A stretch of 64,000 bases of DNA from Thermoanaerobaculia bacterium (GCA_036522835.1 DATDFB010000296.1:1351-65350), one strand, 5' to 3'. Positions 36,301 to 45,298 are shown, counted from the stretch's first letter. The notes: a model not told the origin generated them from the letters alone. Made by a program: numbers and translations.

Positions 36301-37284
36301 GTGACGGCGCTCCGCGACGGCGCGACTGTCCCGCAGCGTTACTGGACCGCCACGGCGGCGTCGCGGCAGCGCGATCCGCAGCCGGCGAACAACAGCGTGG
36401 CCTGGACCTCCGGGAACTCCATGGCCATGGACGCGCTCTACCTGACCACGGGCGGGCAGGCCAACGTGTCGTTCTCGCCGTTCCTGCCCGGTACGTACAC
36501 CCTGTATTCCTCCGATCCGGCCGTCGTGTCCGTGCCGTCGTCGAGCCTCACCGTCACCGCGGCAAACAAGACGGCGACGTTCGTTGCGCGCGGCGCCGGG
36601 GCCGGCACGGCCACGATCCGTGCCGTCGACGCCATCGGCAATTCCGGATCGCTCGCGATCATCGTCGTCGCGCCGGGAACGAAGCCGCGTTGGCCGGGCG
36701 GCGTGGAGCTTTCGAACTTGGGGACGTTCCCGCCGTTCGACGTGCCGGTCACGGTCACGGTCAACACGCGCGCAAGCGCGCCGTACAGCGGCGAGACCGC
36801 GACGGGCCTGGTCATCGTGACGGAGAAGGGGCGCGAGCTCGGCCGCGTCACGCTCACGCGCGACAAGCACGATTGGACGCTGCCGGTCTACGTCGCCGAC
36901 GTTGGTGCGACGACGATCGACGTCAGCTATTCGGGCGACGCGAACTTCCTTCCCGCGGCGCAGACGTGGCCGGTGCAGGCGCTGACCGGCAATGCCACGA
37001 TCAACGCCACGGCGACGGAGCGGAGCGCCACGACGGCGACGATCCGCGTCAGCGTGACCGGTTCTCCGGCGGCCGCGCCGTCCGGCACGGTCACGATGAG
37101 CGAGCTCGCCAAGATCCCGGTGCAGCAGGCGACCCTGGTGCAGGGACAGGCCGAGTTCCGGCTCACCAATCTCGCGCCGGGGACGCACACGCTCGTGTTC
37201 AATTACTCCGGCGACGCGCGCTACCGCGCCAGTAGCCAGAGTCTCCGGCTGCCGATGCCGCGCACGCGCGCCGCGGGACATTGA
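33310..37284 (+). CDS. ELWxxDGT-repeat / Calx-beta / Ig-like exoprotein, paralog 5 (1324 aa)
   Basis: ATG 33310 is in frame with ORF 32284..37284 and lies 5 nt after the ELW4 stop. It gives MRTSALAVLLSLAAPLAARAQEPAYLVRDINT. Overall it is closest to paralog 1 (e.g. the tail RYRASSQSLRLPMPRTRAAGH). Confidence 0.9.
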   Translation: MRTSALAVLLSLAAPLAARAQEPAYLVRDINTVTSSSPSSSSPYGFFRFGSRIVFAAAGSDGIELWSTDGTPAGTAEIANIYGSSGSSSPSRFAIVNGKLLFNALDATHGEELWVSDGTAANTRLLADIQPGSAGSRPGDRIVYGGKLIFAATENLDGTELWTTDGTPAGTMLLKDLRPGSAGSEPSSFVLFNGSVYFIADGALWKTDGTAGGTVKVKSANIFGSLTVAGSRLYFAASSTPDFVFGPWVSDGTDAGTQPLAPSSPGSFATSFMPFGDGVLFQNLGKLWISDGTAAGTRVVRDDVLLSTTPGFAVAGNIAYFAASSATLSEAELWRTDGTAAGTFLVRDIAPGPANGGVRGLVAAGDKVYFVATSSAAGRLTLWVSDGTAAGTRQVKAAGLAVGFPPSGPTLANIDGTIWFSGANALNGYELWKSDGTDAGTTMVANISADLPPGSFPRNFTAAGGLLFFDAWNGLGTFTDPNQLPRSLWRTDGTAAGTIELTDLPFAAATAAGSRIYFMKNNKLWTSDGTPEGTGPDTELARRFPAGFNLQGVVGDRIFAYAYPNTWMTTAAAGAPAYNLGDFAGYGFVDVAGLTLFFASNATGNNSALWRTDGTPGGTFRIAADVANLQRSAAVSNGILYFSYDKKLWKSDGTPDGTGVVKSGLPQDGNRFVAAGKNVFFTVNTQLWVTDGTEAGTHALPAFPNAGPAAAGDRAVFIVNNATGYALWVSDGTAEGTRQLRPPQFFDILGLATVGGLVYFTMGDDRGVEPWVTDGTPEGTLRAADVEPGSAGSFPHDFALAGDRIYFSATTSAAGTELWAISIAQRLTIGDARVSEGDSADGVARFTVTLSAAAKQSVSVDYATADGSAHAGSDYDAAAGTLTFAPGETAKSIDVRVHGDTATNGNRIFFVTLKNAAGAAIDKASGSGVIEDDDQTADLGLALDIFGAVPGIVVANVANNGPSVATNAAVTTTVTPRASSFDCPACSASMLLLPGATVTALRDGATVPQRYWTATAASRQRDPQPANNSVAWTSGNSMAMDALYLTTGGQANVSFSPFLPGTYTLYSSDPAVVSVPSSSLTVTAANKTATFVARGAGAGTATIRAVDAIGNSGSLAIIVVAPGTKPRWPGGVELSNLGTFPPFDVPVTVTVNTRASAPYSGETATGLVIVTEKGRELGRVTLTRDKHDWTLPVYVADVGATTIDVSYSGDANFLPAAQTWPVQALTGNATINATATERSATTATIRVSVTGSPAAAPSGTVTMSELAKIPVQQATLVQGQAEFRLTNLAPGTHTLVFNYSGDARYRASSQSLRLPMPRTRAAGH

Positions 37285-37326
37285 TGTACACTTTCGTGCG
37301 CCGCTCTCGGTCCGCGGCGCCAATCG

Positions 37327-37707
37327 ATGATTACCTCTCCGATTCGCACGGCCTGCGCACTCTCCGCCGCGGCGGCGTTCTTCGTGGCCATCGCCGCGAT
37401 CGTCACGGACGGCGAGTGGGCGCTGCCGCTCGCCGCGGCGGCGGTCTTCGCGCTCGTGGCCATGTTCGGCGCCGGCCCGGCGCCGCGCGACTTCGGCCCG
37501 ATCCTCGAACACTTCCGCCGCTTCCGCGTGGCCATGATGGTCTGCTTCAGCGCCGCGATCGCGCTCTACAGCTTTGCCGCGGCGATGAAGAATCCGGCCG
37601 CGGCCACGCTCGGGGTCGCCTTCTGGCTCGTCGCCTTCGTCCTCGCCTTCTTCGTCGTTTACTTCCGCAGCCGCGTTAGAGTGTTCGAGAACGCGCAAGT
37701 GAAGTGA
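37327..37707 (+). CDS. Small multi-pass membrane protein (126 aa)
   Basis: ORF 37327..37707 with several hydrophobic helices ([66 protein letters not shown]). Its stop overlaps the ppa start (GTGA). Confidence 0.6.
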   Translation: MITSPIRTACALSAAAAFFVAIAAIVTDGEWALPLAAAAVFALVAMFGAGPAPRDFGPILEHFRRFRVAMMVCFSAAIALYSFAAAMKNPAAATLGVAFWLVAFVLAFFVVYFRSRVRVFENAQVK

Positions 37708-38309
37708 CGACGTTTTCGCGATACCGACCGCACCCCTGGCACGGCCTCTCCGCAGGCGCCGGCGCGCCGCGCGTCGTCACCGCCTACATCGAGATCACGC
37801 CGTTCGACCTGGTGAAGTACGAGGTCGACAAAGCGAGCGGCTACCTCCGCATCGACCGTCCGCAACGCACGTCGTCGCAGCCGCCGGCGCTCTATGGCTT
37901 CATCCCGCAGACGTACTGCGCCGAGAACGTGGCCGGCCTGGCGCCCGGCGCCGAGCGCGGCGACGGCGACCCGCTGGACATCTGCGTGCTGAGCGAGCGC
38001 CCGATCGCGAAGTCGGAGATCATCATCGCCGCGCGCGTGATCGGCGGCTTGCAGATGATCGACGGCGGCGAGGCCGACGATAAGATCATCGCCGTGCTCC
38101 AGGGCGACTACGTCTGGGGCAACGCCGCCGACCTGGGCGACGTCCCGGCGGTGCTGGTCGAGCGCCTGCAGCACTACTTCTCGACGTACAAGCTCAAGCC
38201 CGGCGAGCCGGCCCGCACGAAGATCACGCAAGCCTACGGCTACGACGCCGCGGCGAAGGTGATCGAGGCGGCCATGCGCGACTACGCCGCGCACTTCGGC
38301 GACGGGTAG
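37704..38309 (+). CDS. ppa: Inorganic pyrophosphatase (family I)
   Basis: ORF 37704..38309. Motifs: [30 protein letters not shown]. Confidence 0.9.
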   Translation: MTTFSRYRPHPWHGLSAGAGAPRVVTAYIEITPFDLVKYEVDKASGYLRIDRPQRTSSQPPALYGFIPQTYCAENVAGLAPGAERGDGDPLDICVLSERPIAKSEIIIAARVIGGLQMIDGGEADDKIIAVLQGDYVWGNAADLGDVPAVLVERLQHYFSTYKLKPGEPARTKITQAYGYDAAAKVIEAAMRDYAAHFGDG

Positions 38310-38356
38310 GGAAACGGCGTCTCGCGTCTCTCCAGAAGACGAAGGGAGAACGCACG

Positions 38357-39280
38357 ATGCTGGGACTCGACACGCTCGATATCGCGATTGGTCTGGTGTT
38401 CGTCTATCTGATGGTGAGCTTCGTCTGCTCCGCGGCGGTGGAGCTGGTGGAGGTCGTTCTCAAGAACCGTCCGAAGAAGCTCTACGACGGAATCAATGAG
38501 TTGCTCGGAAGCACGTGGGCCGACAACCTCTACAAGCATCCGCTGGTCTCGTCGCTGTATAAGAAGGCCTTCAACGGGCGTAGCGGCGAGCTGCCGTCGT
38601 ACATTCCGGCGCGGAACTTTGCGCTGGCCGTGCTCGAGCTGGCGAAAGGCGGCGCGCCGGGAGCGACCGATCTGCAGACGATCGAGAACCGGATCGCCGC
38701 GCTGACCAGCAATAACGATTTGAAAAAGGCTCTCGAAGCGATCTACCTGAACGCCCAGGGGCAGGCGGAGAACGTCATCAAGGGAATCGAGGATTGGTAC
38801 AACAGCTCGATGGACCGCGTGGCCGGTTGGTACAAGCGCTACGCGCAGGTATGGCTGCTCTTCTTCGGTGCCACCGTCGCGGTGGCGATGAATGTCGATA
38901 CGGTCGTCATCGTGAAGTACCTCTCCATGAACAAGGCCGCGCGCGATGCGATCGTCTCGACGGCCGGCGAGGCGGTGAAGAAGGGGATGCCGCAAAATGC
39001 GAAACCGGAGACGATCAAGGCCGCGGAGCAAAATCTAGTCGACAGCATCAATCACGTCAACTCGCTCGGCCTGCCCATCGGCTGGGGGAAGAATCCGGTG
39101 TGGGATTCGTCGCAGATCTGCCCGGCGGTGAAGGCGCACTTCCTCGGCTGGCTCCTCACCGCCATCGCCGTCTCCTTCGGCGCGCCGTTCTGGTTCGATA
39201 TCCTGAACAAGTTCATGGTCGTCCGCTCCACGGTGAAGCCGAAGGAAAAGAGCGGCGTCGAGAAATCGAAAGACAGCTGA
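38357..39280 (+). CDS. Hypothetical membrane protein (307 aa)
   Basis: ORF 38357..39280. N-terminal TM helix (IAIGLVFVYLMVSFVCSAAV) and two C-terminal TM helices. Lys/Asn-richer and visibly lower in GC than its neighbours. Confidence 0.6.
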   Translation: MLGLDTLDIAIGLVFVYLMVSFVCSAAVELVEVVLKNRPKKLYDGINELLGSTWADNLYKHPLVSSLYKKAFNGRSGELPSYIPARNFALAVLELAKGGAPGATDLQTIENRIAALTSNNDLKKALEAIYLNAQGQAENVIKGIEDWYNSSMDRVAGWYKRYAQVWLLFFGATVAVAMNVDTVVIVKYLSMNKAARDAIVSTAGEAVKKGMPQNAKPETIKAAEQNLVDSINHVNSLGLPIGWGKNPVWDSSQICPAVKAHFLGWLLTAIAVSFGAPFWFDILNKFMVVRSTVKPKEKSGVEKSKDS

Positions 39281-39282
39281 GC

Positions 39283-40125
39283 GTGACCGATTACATCCTC
39301 GACATCGCCTTTGACGACGACGACGAGGAGCTCGTGCAGTCGCGGCTGTTCCTCACGAAGTCCACCGGGAGCGTCGCCGTCGAGGCGACGCTCCTCTCCG
39401 CCTATTTCGACTCCGCCGCGGACCGCGACGCGGCCATGGAGCTGCTGGGCGGGTTCGAGCTCCGCGCGTACGAGCGCCAGCGCCAGGACTGGCTCGCGAA
39501 TTACGAGCAGTCGCTCGAGCCGCTGCTCATCGGCGACTCCTTCGTCGTCGCGCCGGACGCGCGGCTCATCCCGCCGGACACCGCGCGGCACGTGCTCGTC
39601 GTCCCGCAGGAGCAGGCCTTCGGCACCGGCTCGCACGAGACGACGTCGCTCTGCATCGAGCTGCTGGAGCGGATGAAGATCAATCGCGGCCTCGACGTCG
39701 GCGCCGGCAGCGGCATCCTCGCCCTGGCCATGCTTCGCCTCGGCGCGGAGAAAGTGATCGCCTTCGACAACGACGCCGACGCCTATGGCGCGCTCCGCGA
39801 CAACCGCGCCCGCAACGGCATCGATCCGGCGCGGATGCCGCTCTTCATCGGCGGCGTGGAGGCGTTGCGCGGCGGGCGCTTCGACGTGGTGACGATGAAC
39901 ATCATCCCCGAGGTGATCCTGGCGCTCCTCGGCGCCGTGGGGCGCATGCTATGCGCCCCTACCGGTAGGGGCGCACAGCGTGCGCCCACCCTCATCCTCA
40001 GCGGCATCCTTGTCGATCGTGCCGCCGAGGTCGTGCGCGCCTGCGAAAACCGCGGCCTGCGTCTGGCGGAAGAGCGGAAAAAAGGGGAGTGGTGGGCGGG
40101 CTCGTTTAGAATTCCGGAACCATGA
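39283..40125 (+). CDS. prmA: Ribosomal protein L11 methyltransferase
   Basis: GTG 39283 is in frame with ORF 38794..40125. Motifs: FVVAPD, QAFGTGSHETT, LDVGAGSGILA, FDNDADA, DVVTMNI, LILSGIL. Carries an in-frame palindromic insertion at 39941-39986. Confidence 0.85.
   Translation: MTDYILDIAFDDDDEELVQSRLFLTKSTGSVAVEATLLSAYFDSAADRDAAMELLGGFELRAYERQRQDWLANYEQSLEPLLIGDSFVVAPDARLIPPDTARHVLVVPQEQAFGTGSHETTSLCIELLERMKINRGLDVGAGSGILALAMLRLGAEKVIAFDNDADAYGALRDNRARNGIDPARMPLFIGGVEALRGGRFDVVTMNIIPEVILALLGAVGRMLCAPTGRGAQRAPTLILSGILVDRAAEVVRACENRGLRLAEERKKGEWWAGSFRIPEP
39941..39986. repeat. 46-nt near-perfect palindrome inside prmA (family tgcgcccctacc)
   Basis: The arms ggcgcatgctatgcgcccctacc / ggtaggggcgcacagcgtgcgcc pair at 21 of 23 positions. 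The element encodes RMLCAPTGRGAQRAP. Confidence 0.7.
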
Positions 40126-41282
40126 ATCAGCTCAGCGATCGCCTCCGCGGACTCGTGCAATCCGACATCCGCCGCATGTCTCGCGAGTGCGAGCGCGTCG
40201 GCGGCATCAACCTCGGCCAGGGGATCTGCGACCTCCCCACCATCCCTGAGCTCATCGAGGGCGCCTGCGACGCCATCGCCGCGAACAAGGCTACGTACTC
40301 GAAGTTCGAGGGCATCGACATCCTGCGTGAGCGCATCGCCCGCAAGATGGCCCACTACAACGGCATCGTCTGCGATCCGGTTACCGAGGTCGTCGTCACG
40401 GTCGGGTCGAGCGGCGGCTTCGCCGGCGCGGCGCTGGCTACGCTCAACGCCGGCGACGAAGTCATCCTCTTCGAGCCGTATTACGGCTATCACCTCAACA
40501 CGCTCGTCGTCCTCGGCTTCAAGCCGAAGTTCGTGCCGCTGCGCGCGCCCGACTGGACGATCGACTTCGATGCCCTGCGCGCGGCCTTCACGCCGCGCAC
40601 GAAAGCGATCGTGGTCTGCACGCCGTCGAACCCCTCGGGGAAGATGTTCACGCGCGAGGAGCTGGAGCAGATCAGCGCGCTCTGCCGCGAGCACGACGCC
40701 TGGATCTTCACCGACGAGATCTACGAGTACATCGTCTGCGACGGCCGCAAGCACGTGTCGCCGGCCTCGCTCGACGGCATGCGCGACCTCTGCGTCACCA
40801 TCAGCGGCTTCTCCAAGACCTTCTCGATCACCGGCTGGCGCATCGGCTACGTCGTGGCGCCGCAGCGCGTGGCGGGTCCGATCGGCTTGATGAATGATCT
40901 GCTCGCGATTTGCGCGCCGACGCCGCTGCAGTGGGGCGTGGCCCGCGCGCTGGAAGTGCCGGACAGCTACTACGCCGACATGGCCGCGTCGTATCAGAAG
41001 AAGCGCGACATGCTCGCCGCGGCGCTGACGGAGGCGGGCTTCACGCCGTCGATCCCGCAGGGGTCGTACTACATGCTGGCCGAGATTCCGGACGAGTTCC
41101 GCGACTCCGCCGAGGCGGCCAAGGCGCTGCTCGAGGAGGCGCGCGTGGCCTCGGTGCCGGGGACGGCCTTCTTCGAGTCCGACACCGGCAAGCGCATGCT
41201 CCGCTTCTGCTACGCGAAGGACCTCGACGCGCTCGACGAAGCGTGCAAGCGCATCCGGGCCTTCCGCGCGGTCAAGGCATAG
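40122..41282 (+). CDS. PLP-dependent aminotransferase, class I/II
   Basis: ORF 40122..41282. Motifs: CTPSNPSGK, and SGFSKTFSITGWRIGY (PLP lysine). ATGA overlap with the prmA stop. Confidence 0.85.
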   Translation: MNQLSDRLRGLVQSDIRRMSRECERVGGINLGQGICDLPTIPELIEGACDAIAANKATYSKFEGIDILRERIARKMAHYNGIVCDPVTEVVVTVGSSGGFAGAALATLNAGDEVILFEPYYGYHLNTLVVLGFKPKFVPLRAPDWTIDFDALRAAFTPRTKAIVVCTPSNPSGKMFTREELEQISALCREHDAWIFTDEIYEYIVCDGRKHVSPASLDGMRDLCVTISGFSKTFSITGWRIGYVVAPQRVAGPIGLMNDLLAICAPTPLQWGVARALEVPDSYYADMAASYQKKRDMLAAALTEAGFTPSIPQGSYYMLAEIPDEFRDSAEAAKALLEEARVASVPGTAFFESDTGKRMLRFCYAKDLDALDEACKRIRAFRAVKA

Positions 41283-42378
41283 GCCCGATCTGCGCGCCCT
41301 TCGCCGCCGGCGGCGAGCAGCCGTTGCCGAGCGCCGGCGCCGTCGTCTCGGTGGCGTACGTCGGCTCGCCGACCATCGCCACCGTCATCCACGACTGCCC
41401 GCCGGTATTGAGGTACAGCCAGCCGCCCGCGTCGGAGCCGGAGACGGGTGGGAAGAGCGTCGGACTCGTGGTCAGGTATGCGCCGGTGACCGAGGGGCCG
41501 GCCGCCGCCGTTCCGATGACCGCGTTCTCGTGCTCGTCGAAGCGCACGGCCTCGACGAACGGCATGCTGGAATTCGCCTGCACGCCGATGCATGCGCCGG
41601 CCGAAAGCCCTTCGCGCCAGATCTTGATCGCCGACTTCAGCGCGTCGCTGTTGAGCACGCGCGGCGCGAACGCCGAGGGGAGCGGCTGCCGGCGGTCGGC
41701 GTGCTGCGCGAGCGGGTCGGGCATGAAGCGCTCGTAGAACGTGTGCGGCAGCCGCGTGGCCACGACCATCCCCGCCGCCCCTCCCTCGGGAATGGCGCGG
41801 ATGTGCACGAGCGGTCCACCGAAGGCGCGCTCGCCCTGGATCTGCTGGTAATCGCCGGTGAGCACGTTGTCGTAGAGCAGCGTCGAAAAGAGATCGGAGC
41901 TCTTCGCCGCGCACGTCGACACGACGTCGATCGTGGCGTAGCCGGCGGCGCGCAGGTGAAAAAAGCCGATCGTCGCCGCGCAGGCGCGGCTGCCGCCGAT
42001 CGTCAGCGCGCTCTGCACGTCGGGGAGCACCGACGGCGCGATGTTGCCGGCGTGGCACTCCGTCGGCGGCAGGTTGCCTAGGGCGAGGACGTCGTAGAGG
42101 TTGATCCCCTGCACGTCGTAGCCGGTGAGGTGGACGGGGAAGTTGATGACCGGGAAGCCCCAGTCCGTCCAAAGCGTGACGTTGGCGATCACCGCCTTCG
42201 GCGACACGTTCTGCAGCGTGACGAGCGTCGTGGCCGCGCGCGACTTGAGGTCGACTTCGAAGTACGGCAAGAGCAGCGTCGCCGCCGGCTGCAGGGCGAC
42301 GTCGCAGCTGTCGTCGTTGTTCGTCGTGGCGGCGAACAGCGGCGCGGCAAGGAGCAGCAGTGCGAGCGCGGTTCTCAT
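41272..42378 (-). CDS. Secreted protein of the unrecognised 'DDSCD' family, paralog A (368 aa, short form)
   Basis: ATG 42378 is in frame with ORF 41272..42507 and overlaps the TGA of paralog B (ATGA). Signal peptide: MRTALALLLLAAPLFAATTNNDDSCD. Shared blocks: LLLPYFEVD, VTLWTDWGFP, LTGYDVQGINLYDV, GYATIDVV, YDNVLTGDYQQI, LVHIRAIPEGGAAG, DRRQPLPS, IWREG, VRFDEHEN, GGWLYLN, ALGNGCSP. Confidence 0.8.
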   Translation of the reverse strand: MRTALALLLLAAPLFAATTNNDDSCDVALQPAATLLLPYFEVDLKSRAATTLVTLQNVSPKAVIANVTLWTDWGFPVINFPVHLTGYDVQGINLYDVLALGNLPPTECHAGNIAPSVLPDVQSALTIGGSRACAATIGFFHLRAAGYATIDVVSTCAAKSSDLFSTLLYDNVLTGDYQQIQGERAFGGPLVHIRAIPEGGAAGMVVATRLPHTFYERFMPDPLAQHADRRQPLPSAFAPRVLNSDALKSAIKIWREGLSAGACIGVQANSSMPFVEAVRFDEHENAVIGTAAAGPSVTGAYLTTSPTLFPPVSGSDAGGWLYLNTGGQSWMTVAMVGEPTYATETTAPALGNGCSPPAAKGAQIGPMP

Positions 42379-43841
42379 GGGTTTGCATTCCCCGCCGGCG
42401 CGATCTGCGCGCCCACCTTCGGCGACGGCGAGCAGCCGTTGCCGAGCGCCACGGCCGTCGCCTCGGTCGCGTACGTCGGCACGGCGAACATCGATGTGAT
42501 CACCCAATTCTGGCTCTGGCGCAGGCCGATCGTCGTGCTCGTGTTCGTGCGGAAATCACGCGGAATGCCGGGCGGCACGACGTTGACGCTGTACACCGTC
42601 GATCCGCCGTTGTTGAGGTTGAGGTAAAGCCAGCCGCCGACGTCGCCGGAAGGGCCGGGCGGCGGGAAGAAGGCGCCGGCCGTCGTCGAGGGCGAAAATG
42701 ACAGCGGCGACCCTGACGGCAACGGCGGCGCGAGGATCGGCGGCGGGATGAACACCGTCGAGTTCTCGTGCTCGTCGAAGCGGACGGTCTCGACGATCGG
42801 CACGGCGCTGTTGCGGACGTAGTCCTTGCACGCGGCGTCGCCGCCGACGAGCCCCTCGCGCCAGATCTTGAGCGAGGCGTTGAAGCCGGTCGGACCTCCG
42901 CTGATGTAGCGCGGCGCGAATACGGACGGCAGCGGCTGCCGCCTGTCGATGGTGCGGTTCGCCGGGAAGCCGACGGTGTAGCGGTCGTAGAAGGTATAGG
43001 GCAGGCTCGACGAGACCGCGGCGCCCGCCGCCCCGCCCTCGGGGATGGCGCGGATGTGCACGAGCGGCCCGCCCTGCGCGTAGCTCTGGGCCCCGCGCGG
43101 CACGATCTGCTGGTAGTCGCCGGTGAGGACGTTGTCGTAGAGCAGCACGCCGCTGTAGTAGTCGCTCGACGTGGGCGACTTCGCCGAGCAGGTCGCCACG
43201 ACGTCGATGGTGGCGTAGCCGACGGCGTTGGCGTGCACGCCGCCGAGGCGGTCGGCGGCTCCCGTGCCGGGCGGAGGCGGCGAACAAGGGTATCCGTTCG
43301 AGACCGGAATGCCGGTAGTGAAGATCTGCTGGATGTCGGTGAGCAGCGATGACGTGAAGAGGCCCGGAGCATTCGCGCAGGCGGTGGTGACGTCCGACAG
43401 GAACCGCGGATTGGCGGTGTTCGCCGCCGGCTGCGAGCCGGCGGTCGGATTCGACGGTATGGGCGTCGTGATCGACGTGCCGCTCGTTCCCGGCGTCGAG
43501 CCCGGCGCGATCACGGCGCGCGCGAAGACGTCGTAAAGATTGATGCCCTGCACGTCATAGCCCGTCAGGAAGATGTTGAAGGTCAGCGCCGGAAAGCCCC
43601 AGTCGGTCCAGAGCGTGACGTGGGCGATCTGCGGCTGGTTCGAGACGTTCGCCACGGTGAAGAGCGTCGTCACGGCGGTGGACTGCGGCGATTTGAAGTC
43701 GACCTCGAAGTACGGCAGGAGCAGCGTCGCCGCCGGCTGCACGGCGATATCGCAACTGTCGTCGTTGCTCGTGGTGGTGGGACCGGCGGCGAAGAGCGGC
43801 GCAGCGAGGATCGATGCCAGAAGGATGGCGGGAACACGCAT
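42375..43841 (-). CDS. Secreted 'DDSCD' family protein, paralog B (488 aa)
   Basis: ORF 42375..43841. Signal peptide MRVPAILLASILAAPLFAAG. GGGAGG lies 8 nt upstream of the ATG. Same conserved blocks as paralog A, plus a Pro/Gly/Thr-rich insert. Confidence 0.85.
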   Translation of the reverse strand: MRVPAILLASILAAPLFAAGPTTTSNDDSCDIAVQPAATLLLPYFEVDFKSPQSTAVTTLFTVANVSNQPQIAHVTLWTDWGFPALTFNIFLTGYDVQGINLYDVFARAVIAPGSTPGTSGTSITTPIPSNPTAGSQPAANTANPRFLSDVTTACANAPGLFTSSLLTDIQQIFTTGIPVSNGYPCSPPPPGTGAADRLGGVHANAVGYATIDVVATCSAKSPTSSDYYSGVLLYDNVLTGDYQQIVPRGAQSYAQGGPLVHIRAIPEGGAAGAAVSSSLPYTFYDRYTVGFPANRTIDRRQPLPSVFAPRYISGGPTGFNASLKIWREGLVGGDAACKDYVRNSAVPIVETVRFDEHENSTVFIPPPILAPPLPSGSPLSFSPSTTAGAFFPPPGPSGDVGGWLYLNLNNGGSTVYSVNVVPPGIPRDFRTNTSTTIGLRQSQNWVITSMFAVPTYATEATAVALGNGCSPSPKVGAQIAPAGNANP

Positions 43842-43894
43842 GGCGATGACCTCCCGCCGTCTGTACGCACGTCATTTGCCAAACGTTGGGCGGA

Positions 43895-45298
43895 TCAGGG
43901 CGCCGGGCCGATGGCCGCGCGGAAGCTGAAGTCGGGCGCCGGCGAGCAGCCGTTGCCGACCGCCGGCGCATCCATCTCCACGCCGAAGCGCCCCTCGGCG
44001 AACATCGACGTGACGACCCAGGCCTGGCTCTGGCGCCGGCCTCTCGTCGTCGATCCGGAGCCGTAGTTGCGCGCCGACGAGTACGCCTCCGAGCCGCCGT
44101 TGTTGAGGTTGAGGAAGAGCCATCCGGCAACGTCGCCCGAGATCGAGGGCCGCGGAAAATTCGAGGTTGTCGTCCCTTGGCTCGACGTCGCCGGCGCCAC
44201 CGGTGTGAAGCAAACCAAGTTGCAGGGGGGGCCATACGTGGCGTTCTCGTGCTCGTCGAATCGGACGATGTCGGCGATCGCCATCCGGTCGTTGGACTCG
44301 TAGCCGATCGGGCACGCCGTCGGCGCGGCGAATGCCTCGCGCCAGATCTGCAGGGTCGTGTTGAACGAGTTGAGTCCTCCTTCGATGAACCGCGCCAGGA
44401 ACGCCGAGGGGAGCGGCTGTCGCCGGTCCTGCGTGCGCACGGCCGCGCCGGGCGTGTAGAGGTCGTAGAACGTGTATGGCAGCTCCGTGGCCATGACGGT
44501 CCCGGCCGCTCCTCCCTCGGGAACGGCGCGGATGTGCACGAGCGGATTGCCGCCCGCGTAGTTGCCGGTGGCGGGATTCGGGTTGAGATGCTGGTAGTCG
44601 CCGAGGAGCACGTTGTCGAAGAGGATCTCCCCGTTGAAGTAGAGCGGCGACAGCGGCGAGGTGGCGTTGCAGTTCGCGACGACGTCGATGGTCGCGTAGC
44701 CGACGGCGTCCTGGCCGTGATTGTTCGAGCCGACGTTCTTCATGATCGCGCAGTCAGGACGGCTGATCGTTCCGGTGGTGAACGCCGAGCGCAGCTCGGC
44801 GAGCAGGGCCGCGTCGATCGCGCCTGGATTGCTCGCGCACGTCGTCGCCGCGTCGGCGAGGAAGTGCGGGTTCTGGTCGTTCTGGAACGGCTGCGAGCCG
44901 GAGACTTGATTCCGCGGGACGGCCGTCCGGTTCGACGTGCCGGGCGAGGCTCCCGGTGCAATGACGCCGCGCGCGAAGACGTCCCCCAGGTTGATCGACT
45001 GCACGTCATAGCCGGTCAGGAAGATGTTGAACGTCAGCATCGGATACGCCCAGTCGGTCCAGAGCGTCACGCGCGCGATCTGCGGCTGCGGCGTGGTGTT
45101 CTGGACGGTGAAGAGCGTCGTGTGCGCCGTCGTCGAGGGCGATTGAAAGTCGACGTCGAAGTACGGCAGCAGCAGCGTTGCTGACGGAAGCAGCGAGATG
45201 TCGCAGGAGTCGTCGTTGGCGGTCGTGGCCGGGCCGGCGCCGAGCGCGGAGGCGGAGACGAAAAGGAGCACAGCGAAGCAACGCATCGGCTGGCTCAT
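43895..45298 (-). CDS. Secreted 'DDSCD' family protein, paralog C (467 aa)
   Basis: ATG 45298 is in frame with ORF 43895..45742 and overlaps the TGA of paralog D (ATGA). N-terminus: MSQPMRCFAVLLFVSASALGAGPATTANDDSCDISLLP. Confidence 0.8.
   Translation of the reverse strand: MSQPMRCFAVLLFVSASALGAGPATTANDDSCDISLLPSATLLLPYFDVDFQSPSTTAHTTLFTVQNTTPQPQIARVTLWTDWAYPMLTFNIFLTGYDVQSINLGDVFARGVIAPGASPGTSNRTAVPRNQVSGSQPFQNDQNPHFLADAATTCASNPGAIDAALLAELRSAFTTGTISRPDCAIMKNVGSNNHGQDAVGYATIDVVANCNATSPLSPLYFNGEILFDNVLLGDYQHLNPNPATGNYAGGNPLVHIRAVPEGGAAGTVMATELPYTFYDLYTPGAAVRTQDRRQPLPSAFLARFIEGGLNSFNTTLQIWREAFAAPTACPIGYESNDRMAIADIVRFDEHENATYGPPCNLVCFTPVAPATSSQGTTTSNFPRPSISGDVAGWLFLNLNNGGSEAYSSARNYGSGSTTRGRRQSQAWVVTSMFAEGRFGVEMDAPAVGNGCSPAPDFSFRAAIGPAP

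Noticed and set aside
14702-37284. Diversity-generating retroelement or mobile-element origin of the ELW array
   Set aside because: No reverse transcriptase, template repeat, transposase, integrase or flanking inverted or direct IS-like ends were visible. The duplication is better explained by homologous recombination between paralogs.
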